Origin: Owenia fusiformis
Taxonomy: Eukaryota
Length of the DNA: 64,000 bases
Reading direction: 5' to 3'
Assembly (NCBI GenBank): GCA_903813345.2
Contig: CAIIXF020000001.1
Span: 22,816,001 to 22,880,000, forward strand
The translations under genes were made by a program, and so were the position numbers. The notes under the pieces are model-generated. The model worked only from the letters and a program-made list of their open reading frames with translations, was not told the origin of the DNA and searched no databases. How positions within the stretch are numbered: the stretch's first letter is position 1; each line of letters starts with the position of its first letter. Positions 11,281 through 24,546 of the stretch are shown here, in pieces.

Positions 11281-11564
11281 AAACACTGACCTTGTTCGAC
11301 CTCAATAGAACGTTTGGCCTAGTTTTACATTGCAGTTCGACCAATACAAGTATTGGCAGCCATAGTCATGTATTATCAATTGGAAAACTTACAACGTAGT
11401 GCTCAAAAATAAAGTGAATTGAATGTCCTTTGTCGTATGATTCGTCATATGAATTATTCACATGCACGTGACATCCATCTCCATGTACACGCTGACAAAA
11501 AATGTTCCCCTTTAAAGGAATACTAACTTTCTCAATTTTGATACAATCTTTCGTATATGATATA

Positions 11565-12658
11565 CAGGGTGGTCCAAAAAAAATTGGAACATTTGATAAT
11601 TGAACTCAAAATCGTTATTTTTTCTCTAAAATGCACCAAAATTTTACTGAATATTGTTCAATCACTTATTTATCTGATGTAAAGTTTATAGGTGCAAACA
11701 ACAAAGTTAATGCATTAAACTAGAGAATGTTTGATATGACCCCTTTTCTCCTGAATTACAAGTTGAAGCCTGGGACTCAGTTTTGAAATGATTCATTCAC
11801 TTTACTGTTCGTTTGATTTTATCCAAGCCATCTTGATAAAAAATTCAGCTTGAACAAACTACTATATGTTTGCCTTGGAAGATCAAATACATGAACATAT
11901 TCAACAAATTTTTTACCCAAATTGATGGGTATCAATCATATTTTGATGTCTATTGTTGGATATATTACTGATTGGATATTCTCCAGAAAGAGGCCAGGGC
12001 AGTCTGTTTTGTCTGGTAAATGAACCCCCTCGTCTTTCTTGTTCTAATATGAATAATATTCATTGAATATATATGTATATCAATATCATAAAGGAATTTC
12101 CCAGAATACAAATGATATATTATATTATGTGTGCTTAGAAGTGGTCTTTAATAAAGCCTTGTAAATAACTAGTCAGTTTCCCCTCTACTGAAAAGTGGAA
12201 ACAATGATTTTGTCAGTTTGGTAGCTGTATGGGTTATGCAATCACTCACCTCTGACATGTTCTTTCTTTCCTACTCTTAAATAAAAGTAATGATTTTGGG
12301 TATTCTTAAGTTTACAATAACACAATAGTTTTCCAGTAAAACATAAATGTTAAAACCCCATTTCAACTAAATATGATTTTATAAAATGTGTATAGCAATC
12401 AACATGTTCATTAAAGCTTTGAAATAAAGAATACTTGAAAATGTAGCTGCGAAATTGACAAGTGCATATTTAAGAAAATGGGGTCATATCAAACATTGAC
12501 TAGTTTAATGCATTAACTTTGTGGTTTGCACCTATAAACTTTACATCAGAGAGATAAATGACTGAACTATGCTCAGTGAAATTTTGGTGCATTTTAGAGG
12601 AAAAATAACGGTTTTGTGTTCAATTAACCAATGTTCCAATTTTTTTTGGACCACCCTG
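11565..12658. mobile_element. Non-autonomous Tc1/mariner element, ~185-bp TIRs, TA TSD
   Basis: TA|CAGGGTGGTCCAAAAA...TTTTTGGACCACCCTG|TA. Arms ~11565-11750 and ~12470-12658. No intact transposase. Confidence 0.92.
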
Positions 12659-13554
12659 TAGTGATAAATGAATTGACAAATATTTGAAAATTACCTTCTG
12701 TTCAAGTTCCAATCATTTTTATAGATTATATTGATAGATTTAATATCACTGAATATGGTATTGCTTGTTGAGGATCACACAACATTACCGTTTATCGTTT
12801 ATTTGAGATTTAAGCAGGGGTCCATTTTTTCAAGAAATAATCATTTTAAAAGATTTCTTGTAAATAGATAATAAATAAGTACAAAAAGCATGATTTATTA
12901 TATATAAAAAGCATAATGTAAAATTTCAACTGAAAAATTAGATCAAAATGGAATCCATGTTCACAGTGGGGGGTATAACTCATCAAACACTGGATAATTT
13001 TTTTAAAGCTTATTGATACAGCCTAATATTTTTAATTTGCATTCTTTTAGTTAGGATTATAGCATTGACTATTTATGAATTTTTGAGCACCATACAAAGT
13101 TACAGAACTTCATTTATGAACGATTTCAGCAGGGGTCTATTTTACAAATATTAAATATTTTTCCGGATAGTTCTTAGATGAAAAGCTAGTACATTGTTAC
13201 GATAAAATTACATCATTGAGGTGTATAAATTATGAAAACAGGTTTCATCCTGATGTCTTCAACGTAATTCGTATAACGCCATGTCACAAATGGGGGGGGG
13301 GACATTGACCTCCACTTGGGGATCTTTATTGCTTATATGATTTCAATATTACAGTAATGTCGGTATCATTATAAACAGGCATTAAATAAGTGTAGACTAT
13401 TATAAATACGTTGACAGCAAGAAAATGTATACAATTTAAACTGTAAAATGAGATAACAATGGGCTCTTAAATCACAATGATTGGTGTAACTAATCAAATT
13501 TTTACTTTATAAGCTTAGTATCATGTCCTAAAAATTTAAATTAATTTTAAGTAG

Positions 13555-14130
13555 TTATCCCATTGAACAAAGTTCGGAGGGATATAGGTAACGGGCCTCT
13601 ATTCATCCATCCGTCCGTCCGTCTGTCCGTTTGTACGTACGTCCGTTCGGGCAATAACTCAAATACCGTTGGTCAGATTTTGTTCATATTTCGTACACAT
13701 GTACCCTATGGGTCGATTTTCAAAATGGCCGCTCATTTAAAAATAGCGGCCATTTTAGTGCCGATTTTATAGCAATTTAGGTACAATATGTAAAACTGTA
13801 ATACCAATAACTTTTAAATGAAAAAAAATTATATAGGACATTAATAAAGCTAGAAATGTAGATATTAAAGAAACACATGGCAGCCATCTTGAAAAATGGT
13901 TGCCTTTACTTGTTATTTTACGATTTTTGCTGCAACTTGAAAAGTAGTTGAGTGATTTCGTTCATATTTGGTATGTAAATACTATAAGCATGGCACACTG
14001 TCTGATGACACTTTTGGTAGAAGGCGGCAATTTTAAACATAGCCGCCATTTTACGTATTTTACTATAACTCGAAAAGTTGTGGAGCGATTTTGATCATCT
14101 CTGGTATGTGAATACTATTAACATGGCACA
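13555..14130 (+). mobile_element. HINE/Pearl(DINE-1)-like element
   Basis: Starts with TTATCCC...GGGATA (short inverted repeat), then a (GTCC/GTCT/GTAC)n microsatellite at ~13603-13648, then AAAATGGCCGC core repeats. This is the established architecture of Helentron-associated elements. Confidence 0.75.
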
Positions 14131-14744
14131 CTGAATATTTTGAATATCTTAAAGTGGTTCAGATTTTCATTTATTGAAGATTTAATTCAAGATTAATTCA
14201 AAAAGATGAATATTTTTGTGGATAGTTCTCCGGCGGATCAATTACTATTATTACCACCTTGTCTTAGGGGTATTAGTGCTAGTTTAGGTGGCATTTATGT
14301 TACTATATCGACCTGAGCAATAATTCTAATAACATCATTTCTGCGGGCAATATTAAACAAATACTGGATGATCAGGAGCTGGATATGGCAGAGTACCATT
14401 GGAGAAAAAATATTGCGCGAGATGGTATTAATTAATATCAATAGAAAGTTCTAGCATTGCCTCATGGGACAGTCTATTTTCTACTAAATAAAATAATCAG
14501 GGTAAACGCTTTTCTATTACTAAAGTTATTTGCTTGTAGAGATGCTTGTAGAGCCGGCTTCGCAAAAATCATATATCCTTTCACCCCACATCATATCAAA
14601 TGCTTTATTGATGTTAAGTCCATTTTATAAATAGTGGGAATAAATTCCTAACTCATCTTAGATTATGATTTAAATGCAATATTATATGCGATCAAATGCT
14701 TTTTCCAAGGTTTTAAAATGTAAACAGTGCCCAGTTTCAGTGCT

Positions 14745-15660
14745 CAACAGGTGAAAACGTATGTAGGAATATAGGCAGAAACAATTTGCAGATCAACGAA
14801 AACAAGATTGTGTTCAAAGAAAGTGAACTAAATGGAACTATTATTTTTAATCATGTTGAATGCAAAATATAGTCAGACAAGATCGTGTTCAAAGAAAGTG
14901 AACTAAATGGAACTATTGTTTTTAATCATGTTGAATGCAAAATATAGTCAGACAGAAGATATTATTTTCAATTAAACAGATAAAATGTTTTTCATTATTA
15001 TGGACCTCTGTTAAACCCCTCAATGAGAAGTAAACGGTAATGTTGACAGGTCCGCCACGGGATGAAAACGTATGTAGGAATATATGTTTTATCATTTAAC
15101 CATATCATTAACAATTGGTGGATCAACGAAAAACAAGATGATGTTAATATGGCATACTAATATTAATAACCTTTCCAAAAAAAAAATTCAAAAATATCAA
15201 AATCTTATATTTTTTATATTTTTGTGAACCCCTGTTAAACCCCTCAATAATTAATAAATAAGTTTATTGGTCTCTTGAACATCTAATATACATCGAGATA
15301 AAATCAATATGTTATACTAGTAAACTTTCCAAAATCCGATTAATGACTAGATAATCTGTTGTAAACTTCAAAACTATCAAAATCTAATATTTTTGTTGAC
15401 CCCTCCCTGTTAAACCCCTTAATAATAAGTAAACGGTAAAGTCCTCAACAGGTGAAAATGTATGTGATAATATACGTTTTATCAGTCACACATATCATTT
15501 AACAATTGGCGGATCAACAAAAACAAGATGATGTTAAAAGAAAGTGAACAAAATGGAACAATTATTTCTAATCATTTTGAATGCAAAATATAATCAGACA
15601 GACGATCTTATTTTCAATTAAACAGATAAAATCAATAGGTCATGCTAATAACCTTCTCAA
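14745..15660. repeat. Degenerate modular tandem repeat, including a near-exact 75-bp duplication
   Basis: The gaaaacgtatgtaggaatata module occurs at ~14753, 15063 and 15453; ctgttaaacccctcaat at ~15008, 15232 and 15407; the 75-bp duplication is 14811 vs 14886. Confidence 0.8.
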
Positions 15661-17487
15661 AACCAATTCATGAGTAGATAATTCCATTATCACTAATAGC
15701 ATAGGGACTGACCTAAACCTAAATTGCCCAATTTATGAGGGAGACAAATTTTGGGCCCTAAATCAGTTTTTAGGTCCCTTTGCTTTTCCACAGAATGTTT
15801 TGTGCAACCTATTCGCCGAAAGATGTCAGTCAGATATTGTCATTAAATTCACGCACTTTGTACACCGATTTACCGATTCTTCAAAACTGCACACTAGGCA
15901 TCGATCAAGCTTCATCAAGCCACGAAAGATCGTTAAGCTAAATAATTACATGTATTTTACAATGTCATCAAAATTGCTTTTTAATCCCTCTTCTTAATTG
16001 AAGTATTACTTGTGGCAAATCATAAGAAATGTGCGCCCTTTAGTAATTAAATATTGCACCTTTCAGCTCATTAGCTGTAATTGTTTTAACACTAGCGGAG
16101 GTGACTCACATCGACAAAAAATGATGTGCCAAGTTCATCCGTCAGTTTCTGCTACGCTGATTTATGTCAGGGGGTAATGAGACAGAGTTTGTGGAGGCAG
16201 TCTAGGGAACTACTCTCGGGGAACAGTGTAACTATATATTGTTGTTCATACGTGTACTTGTTCTATTCTGGTGTCCCCAATCAAGTCATAAAAATGTTGA
16301 ATTCTAAAAATACTGAAATCGACTTTTCCCATCCGCCATGTGCGATGCGATGCGAAGGTGACGGCCGTTACCTTCGATTGATACTGACCAATGAATCATA
16401 TAGCAACTTACGAAATGACTTATTTTTGTCTACAAAAACAAGAACTTATTATAGATTAGTTGGAGAACTTTGAAGCTCGTTTTACATGATTTATTACATA
16501 CTTGGACAATTCGTGTGCAAACAATACGAGGCACTATGACAAATAAATATACATAAATACATTATATAACAGGGGACCTATTCTCAGGGCTGATTATCAT
16601 TTACTTTTACCGGACCAGGTTACACTTGACATTAGGTCACTTTTTGAAAAGTAGGTCCCTTCTCCATAATCCCCGCCATGATCAATTGTCCTTCCGTTGA
16701 CATTCTGTTCGTTATTTAGATTATATTCACTATTGCATTACCTAGCATTACCAGGGTCCTTTCTAGACAATTATTGGCTCAAATGTAATTATAATGAATA
16801 GTTCATGGCCAGAATAGTTCCAATATATTCCACAATAGTCCCATTAGCAATGTAGGTAAGGGTATATGAGCTAAAATACAATCTTCAATATACACACCTG
16901 ACCTTTCGGGAACAGGAACATGGACATTACATTTCATATTGACCACCCATGGCCTAGGCATGACTTGAATAAAGCTACACTAGAGAAAAGAGTCTCTGAT
17001 AGTATATGAATTTGACCTTTAGAAACGTCTTGACCTTTAAACCTTATTTCACCTTGACCTACCATGGCTCCATGTTTCAATCTGTGATATTACTCATTTA
17101 ATCTGCGTCCTATAGCGGACAGTCGACTACCATGGTGAAGAAGCCTTAATTGGCCATTCGGGTGCTGGACCTAAAATTTAAACTTCAGATCTTCAGCATT
17201 TATCTTATACGACGATGATGATGAGGTTTCAATGCGTCAAATTACCGAACGATTTCATAATCTTTGACATTTGGTACTATCACTCCAAGAATGCAAAGCA
17301 GGTACACACAATGTGGCTATTGTACAGGTATTAATCAATGTGTTACTAAATTGCAGTTTTCATTAATAATTCAACATTATTGTTCATTTAGAATATATCA
17401 AATCAATGTTTTATGATATTTTGCTTAGTTGAATTTGATCTTGTCAGACTATGCAATCGACATCCGGAAAGTCTGTTTATTTACATG

Positions 17488-17700
17488 TACGAGTTCACAA
17501 AGAGGATTGGATCCCAGGCTTCCATCTCGATATTCTGCCATATATGGAGATGTCATAATTACAAAATTTAAATTTAAACAGCCGCCATTTTGTTCACTTC
17601 AGAATTTGAATCGCGAGTTTTGGTCTTATTTACAAACAAAAAATCCAGAACACACAAGAAGTGATCGCAGGTATTGGTTCGAATCTTTTGGACAGATGAT
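17488..17700 (-). mobile_element. Diverged partial copy of the 43439-43743 MITE family
   Basis: Reverse-complement match to ~43545-43743 (aaacagccgccattttgttcacttca vs tgaagtgaacaaaatggcggctgttt; ttggttcgaatcttttg vs caaaagattcgaaccaa). Confidence 0.75.
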
Positions 17701-20077
17701 TGTGATTTTTTTAGTCAGATATAATGCTAGAAAAACAGAAAAACAGCACTTTCAATATTGATATCGATCAAGGTCAAGGTCGAATATCGAGTTGCGTCTC
17801 ATCCGCAGTCAGGTCCTAAGTGAGATTAACCATTATAATATTCCTTTTTAACCAGTACCTGGGTACCACATATTTTGCAGCATGCTTCTAACTGATAAGT
17901 TACCAGAGTGCGTTACCACAAATAAAAAGGATTGGATAGGCCCAAAGCATCATTGGACAGTGGTCACTCTACTTCTACTCCATATGGAATCTGACAAATG
18001 CGAAACTTAATTGAAGGATTAGTCCTTCATCAAATACCTCATCTTGTTTGCCATGTCTAATTCCCTGACCGGTTAGAGCATCTATTGAAAGTCCATGGTT
18101 AGAGATAGAAGGTTAATATGGTAAGAGTACTGTTGGATGATAGAGTCAAGGAAATTATGTAACATTGCTGTTTTATTTTAGTATTTATTGTACACGCGCT
18201 TTTCTGTGAAACAAGACAAACCACTGACCATGTGACGTAATATGTCAAAGTAAATGTCACATGGGTTATTAATAATTAAAGAAGGATGCTAGATTTGATA
18301 TTTAACAAAATTTGATACCTGCTATAATTAAATGTTTTCAAGGTCAGATATCACAATTTTAAGGTCAAGATCATGGCTTAGGACAGGCATTTTTTTTATT
18401 TCACACGCCAGCTGTTTTTAGAAAACTTGCCAACTGTTTGTTTTATACATACTTGTCACTTGTTTGTTTATGTTTTCTCTTGTTAATGTTTTTTGTTAGT
18501 TTGTAAGTTTGCCAATTGTTTACTTGTTGTTTTAACTTAAGTTTTCAAGTGACATGTGAAATTGATTTGTCTCCAAAATAATAAGGAAATGTCTAATTAC
18601 ACGGTGGTAATCATGATAATGAACCAATTGGAACAAATGATACGCCTAATAGTGATTATGTAAAACCTAAATAGAGAATTATCTGTAATTCGACTAAATT
18701 AGGAATTATTTTCTTTTGAGATTCCCTAGCGCCAAACGTCATTATGTTCATTTACTGGTGCATTCACGATAGTAATCAGCTTTTCAGAATGTTGAACACT
18801 TATTTGTGATCAAACTTATGATTTAACTACCCCTATTTACAGGACTTTGTTAATGTCGGAGAATTTTATCGAGAACTACTGTCGCCAATAATCCAATGTA
18901 AGTTAATTGTAAAACTGTAATTCAACATAAAATAGGATATAACTTTTCGAGCGAAATAATGCTGAAACCTTTGGAATTTTTAAAAAATCCATTCAACTTT
19001 ATTGTGACTTTGAATCGGCTTAGCGTATGTGTGTTGATCCAATGGTTTACCGCTAGCAGCCAAAAGTCCTAATTCATAGTACCAACAGTAACTGAAAAGG
19101 TTTTTGCGTACAGCCTTAAAAATATTTTGTATTCGATTATTGCCGATTCTGACAGCTGAAATCGGACCTTTCGGTCGAAAGTCACGAAGCTTTTGAAGAA
19201 GTATGCTGTAAGGTACACACCGTGGATACATTAGGATTCGAGAACACGGTTCTGAAATCTGATCCCCCAGCCGAAAGGATCGATAGCCGTAGACTCATCA
19301 GGGATTTGGAGGAGACAAATTAGGGAGTTCCACCGACTGAGTATCCCCTGGAAAAGCCACTGATCATCGGCTCGTTATCCCAACATTGGCCACTGTTTTC
19401 CCTCAGTTTGCCAGGGTGATTAACTCCGCGCCTCTATACTCATCTCTGTCAGAGATACTTTATAAAAGCACCAGATGAGCAAACGCAGATTTGACAATAA
19501 GAAACAAATTGATACTTCAGATTGTTTGGGAAACGGTCAGCTGCCAGGGACTTTGTCTTCGCGTTAAGAAGCTATTAGAGAAGGTATGGGAAGTTTTTAA
19601 CCCGAGGCAAGAATATTTCTAAATTTTAATTCAGTGTGGTTCTATAAAGTTCTCTTAATAAACTTGAAGTACAATTGATCTACACGTGCAGGTTCCATAT
19701 ATCTCTCTCTGAGGATAACTGTATGTGCTATTCTCTATTGGAGGTTCTCCCGGTCTCCATCTGCGCCTGAATGAAAGCAGCGAAGTGAAAACCAATACGG
19801 ATATAGTGAACTGGTTACCTCTATATCAGCTTCATTATTGATAGGGAGTTTAAGCAGAGAACATGGCACGTTATTCAGCCCGAGAAAAAGATAGGAAATG
19901 GCAGTGAATACGATAATTTTGGATTATATTCTGGATTAACAGTTAAGGATAGTACAAGTTAAAGAGAACGTTGACAGATAGAAACAAAGTAGTTAGAAAA
20001 ACGTCAACTTTGGAGTACAAACTTTCTGACGTTTACAAATAAACAAAAACAACTTGATATATTACAAAGTTAACACG

Positions 20078-20132
20078 ATGGAGTTTAATACAGCAAAACT
20101 GCTCATGTTGGTGACATTGGCATATTACGCAG
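20078..20132 (+). CDS. Candidate first coding exon encoding a signal peptide (MEFNTAKLLMLVTLAYYA), phase-1 donor
   Basis: ATG in acgATGg context, a basic-then-hydrophobic N-terminus ending A-Y-Y-A, followed by the consensus donor CAG|GTAAGG. Downstream exons not established. Confidence 0.4.
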
Positions 20133-23100
20133 GTAAGGGTGACATTTGAGTTTAATCAACATCTTATAATGTTAATGTTAGGTATCCATTATTTAAGTAA
20201 AATCACCTGTGGCTATGTACTAATGAATACTAAGTATGCAAACCTTTTTAGAAATGACAGTTTACCGTTGTATACTGTCACGGAATAAGAAATATGTCGA
20301 AACAATATCGGGATATTTGCATGATATTTGCATGATCGAGAAGTATTTTATTTTTGCTGAAGAAACTTTGACATTTGTAGTGTTTTTAATCTTTTAATGA
20401 AAAAAATGAGAATGCGGACTACAAAAGGGGTTATGATTAAGTCATTCCATCCTTTTATCGTTCCCCAACCTTTTAGAGGTATATGTCAGAGATCTCATTT
20501 TTTCTACGATAGACTTTAAATCTTTGTCTATGGTATATCTTTGTGTTGGGTTTGGCAGAAGGGAGTGAGAGAAGGGGCGAGGAAAGGGCGTCGAGAAGGG
20601 CGTGGGAGAAGGACGCCAAGGTTACAGAAGAGTTTGATGCAAGTCTAGCAAAGGACGAGCAATGTAAGGCTGCATATGATCTTTTTCTCACGACTAATGA
20701 TGCGACTATAAAATCTAGTTCTCATCGTGTATCCTATTGAGCTTTGCCATCGAGGGACACAAGAGATGGTTTCCTTGAGCTGTAATTTTATATATGATTA
20801 ATTAATCCCATGTAAAACAGAGGCATTTTACATTAGGTGAGGTATTCTATTTCAAATTGATAAAATGATATGCGGATTACACCGGCTTAGCAATAGTGTG
20901 GCCAGAAAATAGTGTTATTGTGCAGAAGATATGCTAGCTTTGTGGCAGATATTGACAGGCGAGCTTTAATTAAAACCACCGTCTGAAGAAATCTTCGGCA
21001 TAGGGTCTGATAAGTACGTGAAGATATAGAAACATTTCCTAGTTTCATCAATAATAGATAGCCACTCGGGAAGGGAGTATAACATGTTAATTATAAGTGA
21101 ACGTTGTGTATCAAACATAGTTTTTCTTTTCAGCACGACTTCATAATCTCTCATCTCCCTTTTCATATTTGCTCTTACCTGATCCCAAAAAGTGTCAATG
21201 AGATTGATAAATTTTGTAAATTCTTTGAAATATTTTTACTGGTTTGTCATGCCTGCAGCTGAACGTTGATCAGAGTATTTAATAGGTTTCAAGCAATGTT
21301 GGTCAATCATCAATATTGGTTTTCGTTTACGCTAAACACATCTCGGGACATTGTTTTAGTTTTGATTTGATTACAATTCTGACTTGTGGCAACACAAGCC
21401 CAAACTTCTTACGCATTGGCATTGTTTCAGGCAAAGATAAGCTCTCCTAATATTGCTAGAAACGGCTAGGTCGTTAGGAATGTGTCTGTCAGAAAAGATC
21501 TCCAATCCAATATTTTGACATAGTTGATGGGACAGTGACAGGTCTCTCAGTAGTAAGTAAATCAAAACAAATTGTGAACATAGCAAATGTTGCTCTCGTT
21601 GGCTCTGTTGATGTATATTGTTCTCAGATGTAAACTGAAGGTGGAAGCTTTGATGTGTCTGGACAGTGGATACTAGTATCCTGTAGAATACCTCTTTCAT
21701 TCTTTGTAAGAGAGCTTTAACAATAATTTCTACAAGAGTCTTGACCCTTGGGTATCTGAAGCCGCCAAAAGCACAAATAAATTTTCTACTTCGGGTATGA
21801 TAACAGAGTTTATACTAAGTTATATTAAAAAGGATTAGCCGAGCCTTTTTATTTCTAATATGATAATTTACTGCTTTTCAATATTACATTCATTAAATTT
21901 ATCTGCCGGGAACTAATGTCCTGGGTCTGGTAAGGTCATCGGGACCGTCTCCCCATAACTGCCAGAACTATCAAAATTAAAGATAACACATAGTTTAATG
22001 CATTCCTAATCTTGATAGCATGATAACCTTCAACATCATAAAGAAAGCGTGCTGTTTCCTCCCATCCTTTGGAAATTAGGCGATAAATACCTATCTGAAA
22101 TACTTTCAGAGATTGGCTCTTTGTAATTGCGTGGTGATAATTTGTGTGATCGGACCACATGAAAGTAGCACACTTTCATCATGGAATCTACTATTTTTAC
22201 AGATGGTCTAATTGGTGTTCTGAAAAACCCAGAAGTAACATATAATCAGCTAACTGGAAACATGCAACTTCCCCATGGTGTTCCTAATTATCAATCAAAC
22301 AAAATTTCTTCTTAACTTCTCGGAGATTCATTTAGAATTTCCGCTATTCACAATATCTTGACCTTTTGTGACACAGAAATTTTCTACGATATTCTGGAAC
22401 AGTTGATTTGCTTATGCTGCCAAATTTTTGCTTTCGTGTTAGTAGTCCAAAACTCATCAAATGGTCAGTTGTTTAATTTGTTGTAGTCAAATTAACCAAA
22501 TGTTGATTTCTGTGTGAGGTACCCCGCCGGGGGACTGCATGGTCACGTCATATCCCAGAGAGCAGTTCATCAAGTGGCCACCAGCAATGTCCACAAGAGA
22601 CAAGTTGACCACAGACTACACTAGCACGCTATATCTTGATAAATAATTAATTACTACAATTCGCTTAAAAGAAAAACACAATTTGCAACTTAAGTTCTGT
22701 ATGTCGGCATAATGGAATAATTAGGTTTTTGTTTTCTTCACCATTATTATCTTTAAATGTTTCATTATCAGTTACACCTTGCGTGATACCTTGAAGTGGA
22801 GAGTTATCTTGAAATGTTTCGGTAATTAGTAAAAACAAGTAGCCTTTTTGTGGAGACAAGTATCTTGTCAGTTTCACCAGCTTTAATCTTTGGTCTGTTT
22901 TGTCAGGTTCTTCATCAACAGTTTACTTCAGTTAAATCGTTAACGCTCTGTCTTTACTGTCTGACCCCCTCCCATCTTATTTCCTCTGGCGAATATACAA
23001 TTAGTTCGGGAATTTATGTAATAGGTGCAACGTGACTTTTCAAAGGGAGTGAGAGCTCAGTAAATATTATATATTAGGCCTATGTCATCTTTTCTCAGCA

Positions 23101-24217
23101 GTGTTTTGCATTTTGGTTTGTTTAACTTTATTAAATCCCAAGCATTAAAAATGGACCCTACAAGCTTGTCAAATATGATGCGAAACAAATTGGAAGGGGA
23201 ATTTGCGGCAAATACGTTCCAGTTTATTTAATATGAGAAAAAGTGATTATGTAACGTTTCATGGCAGAAATCGATGATAATTCGTACAACTTACAACACA
23301 ATGTTAAAATACAGAATAACGTATGAGTAGATGCATAGTAGAGTATTTGATACAATCATTCAGGGAAATCAAAAACATTGACATATAAAACAATAATAGT
23401 AGAAATTGGAATTAGAATTCAGAGACAATACTCGATATCCGATTATTTATTCCCTAAAAGCGCAACGTTCATCACTATTCTGACTGGGCTGGTCGTTAAT
23501 GACAAGTCAAATCCAATCTACCACAGACATAAATCAACGGAGCCTGAAGTCCAATTATTATGGAATCAAAATGGCATTTTCTCAATCAACCCTCATCACA
23601 CGAGCATCTCTGTTTTCCTGAATCACCTTCGTTTGCTCCCAGACATCATTCATAGCTCCTTCGTTCCTAACCTTGGATTCAACCCCGCGTTTGGGGAATT
23701 TAAGGGGAACCCCACCAGTGTTATTGTGTACGCATCGAGTGTCAGAGCAAAGTAATTAGATAAAGCTCTCTTTTAAGCAACATTATTTAACCATTCGAAG
23801 GGATTTCGTCTACAAATTGCCCAGAAAACGTTAATATCAGATTTTCAAAATAGCATTTCTTATATAATCATTCATGATATTTCAATAGCCTTATACTCCC
23901 TGACCGGTGGCAGGTGACGGGCTCAGTAAAAACTCATTGTGTTTCTTCAATCATTTCTGTACTATTCAAAACCATATTGTTGAAGTTATAATGAAATTTT
24001 CCACCCGAGATGTAATAACAGTGGTCAGGGTCCATAAATTCAAAATGGTTTATTTAATAGATCCAAGTGACCGATAACTTGCTAGACATGATCATAATGA
24101 TCATTCATGATTGTCTAGATAAACGGAACACGGCACACACGAATATAACCACCGTTTCCAAAAGTTTTAATTTTGCTACTTAAAAGAGAGCTTCGTCTAC
24201 ACTTACTGTACTAGGCT

Positions 24218-24546
24218 CACTGGCGGATTAGGGGGGGGGGCCTGGGGGCCCGGGCCCCCCCCCCTTGGGTGGGCCCAGAAAAAAAAAATTGGCCCCAAAA
24301 AAATTTTGGGCCAAAAAAGGCCTTAAGGCCCCAAAAAAACGGCCTTTTTGGTCATTACTGGGCCTTTTAAGGCCTTATTTTTTAAATTCAGGCCAAATTT
24401 TGAAGAAAATGGGCCTCAAAATTCCAAAATGTTGGCCCACTTTTGCGTTTTAAGGGCCCAAAATTTTTTTCCGCGCAAGCGCAGACTTTTTATTCTCTGA
24501 CCTGAAATTTGCCCCCCCCCCTTGTTGGTTCCCAGATCCGCCCCTG
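24218..24546. mobile_element. GC-homopolymer-rich MITE (CA.TGGCGGAT...ATCCGCCCCTG termini)
   Basis: Imperfect ~12-bp TIRs, subterminal G/C runs, AGGCT directly repeated on both flanks. Superfamily uncertain (hAT/Harbinger-like). Confidence 0.75.

Noticed and set aside
10727-11286. Repeat-protein ORFs downstream of the SDR
   Set aside because: They arise from the 29/30-bp minisatellite; the 29-bp units shift frame, so no frame is preserved.
24265-24453. Lys-rich ORF with NLS-like PRKKK
   Set aside because: Translation of homopolymer runs inside a MITE.
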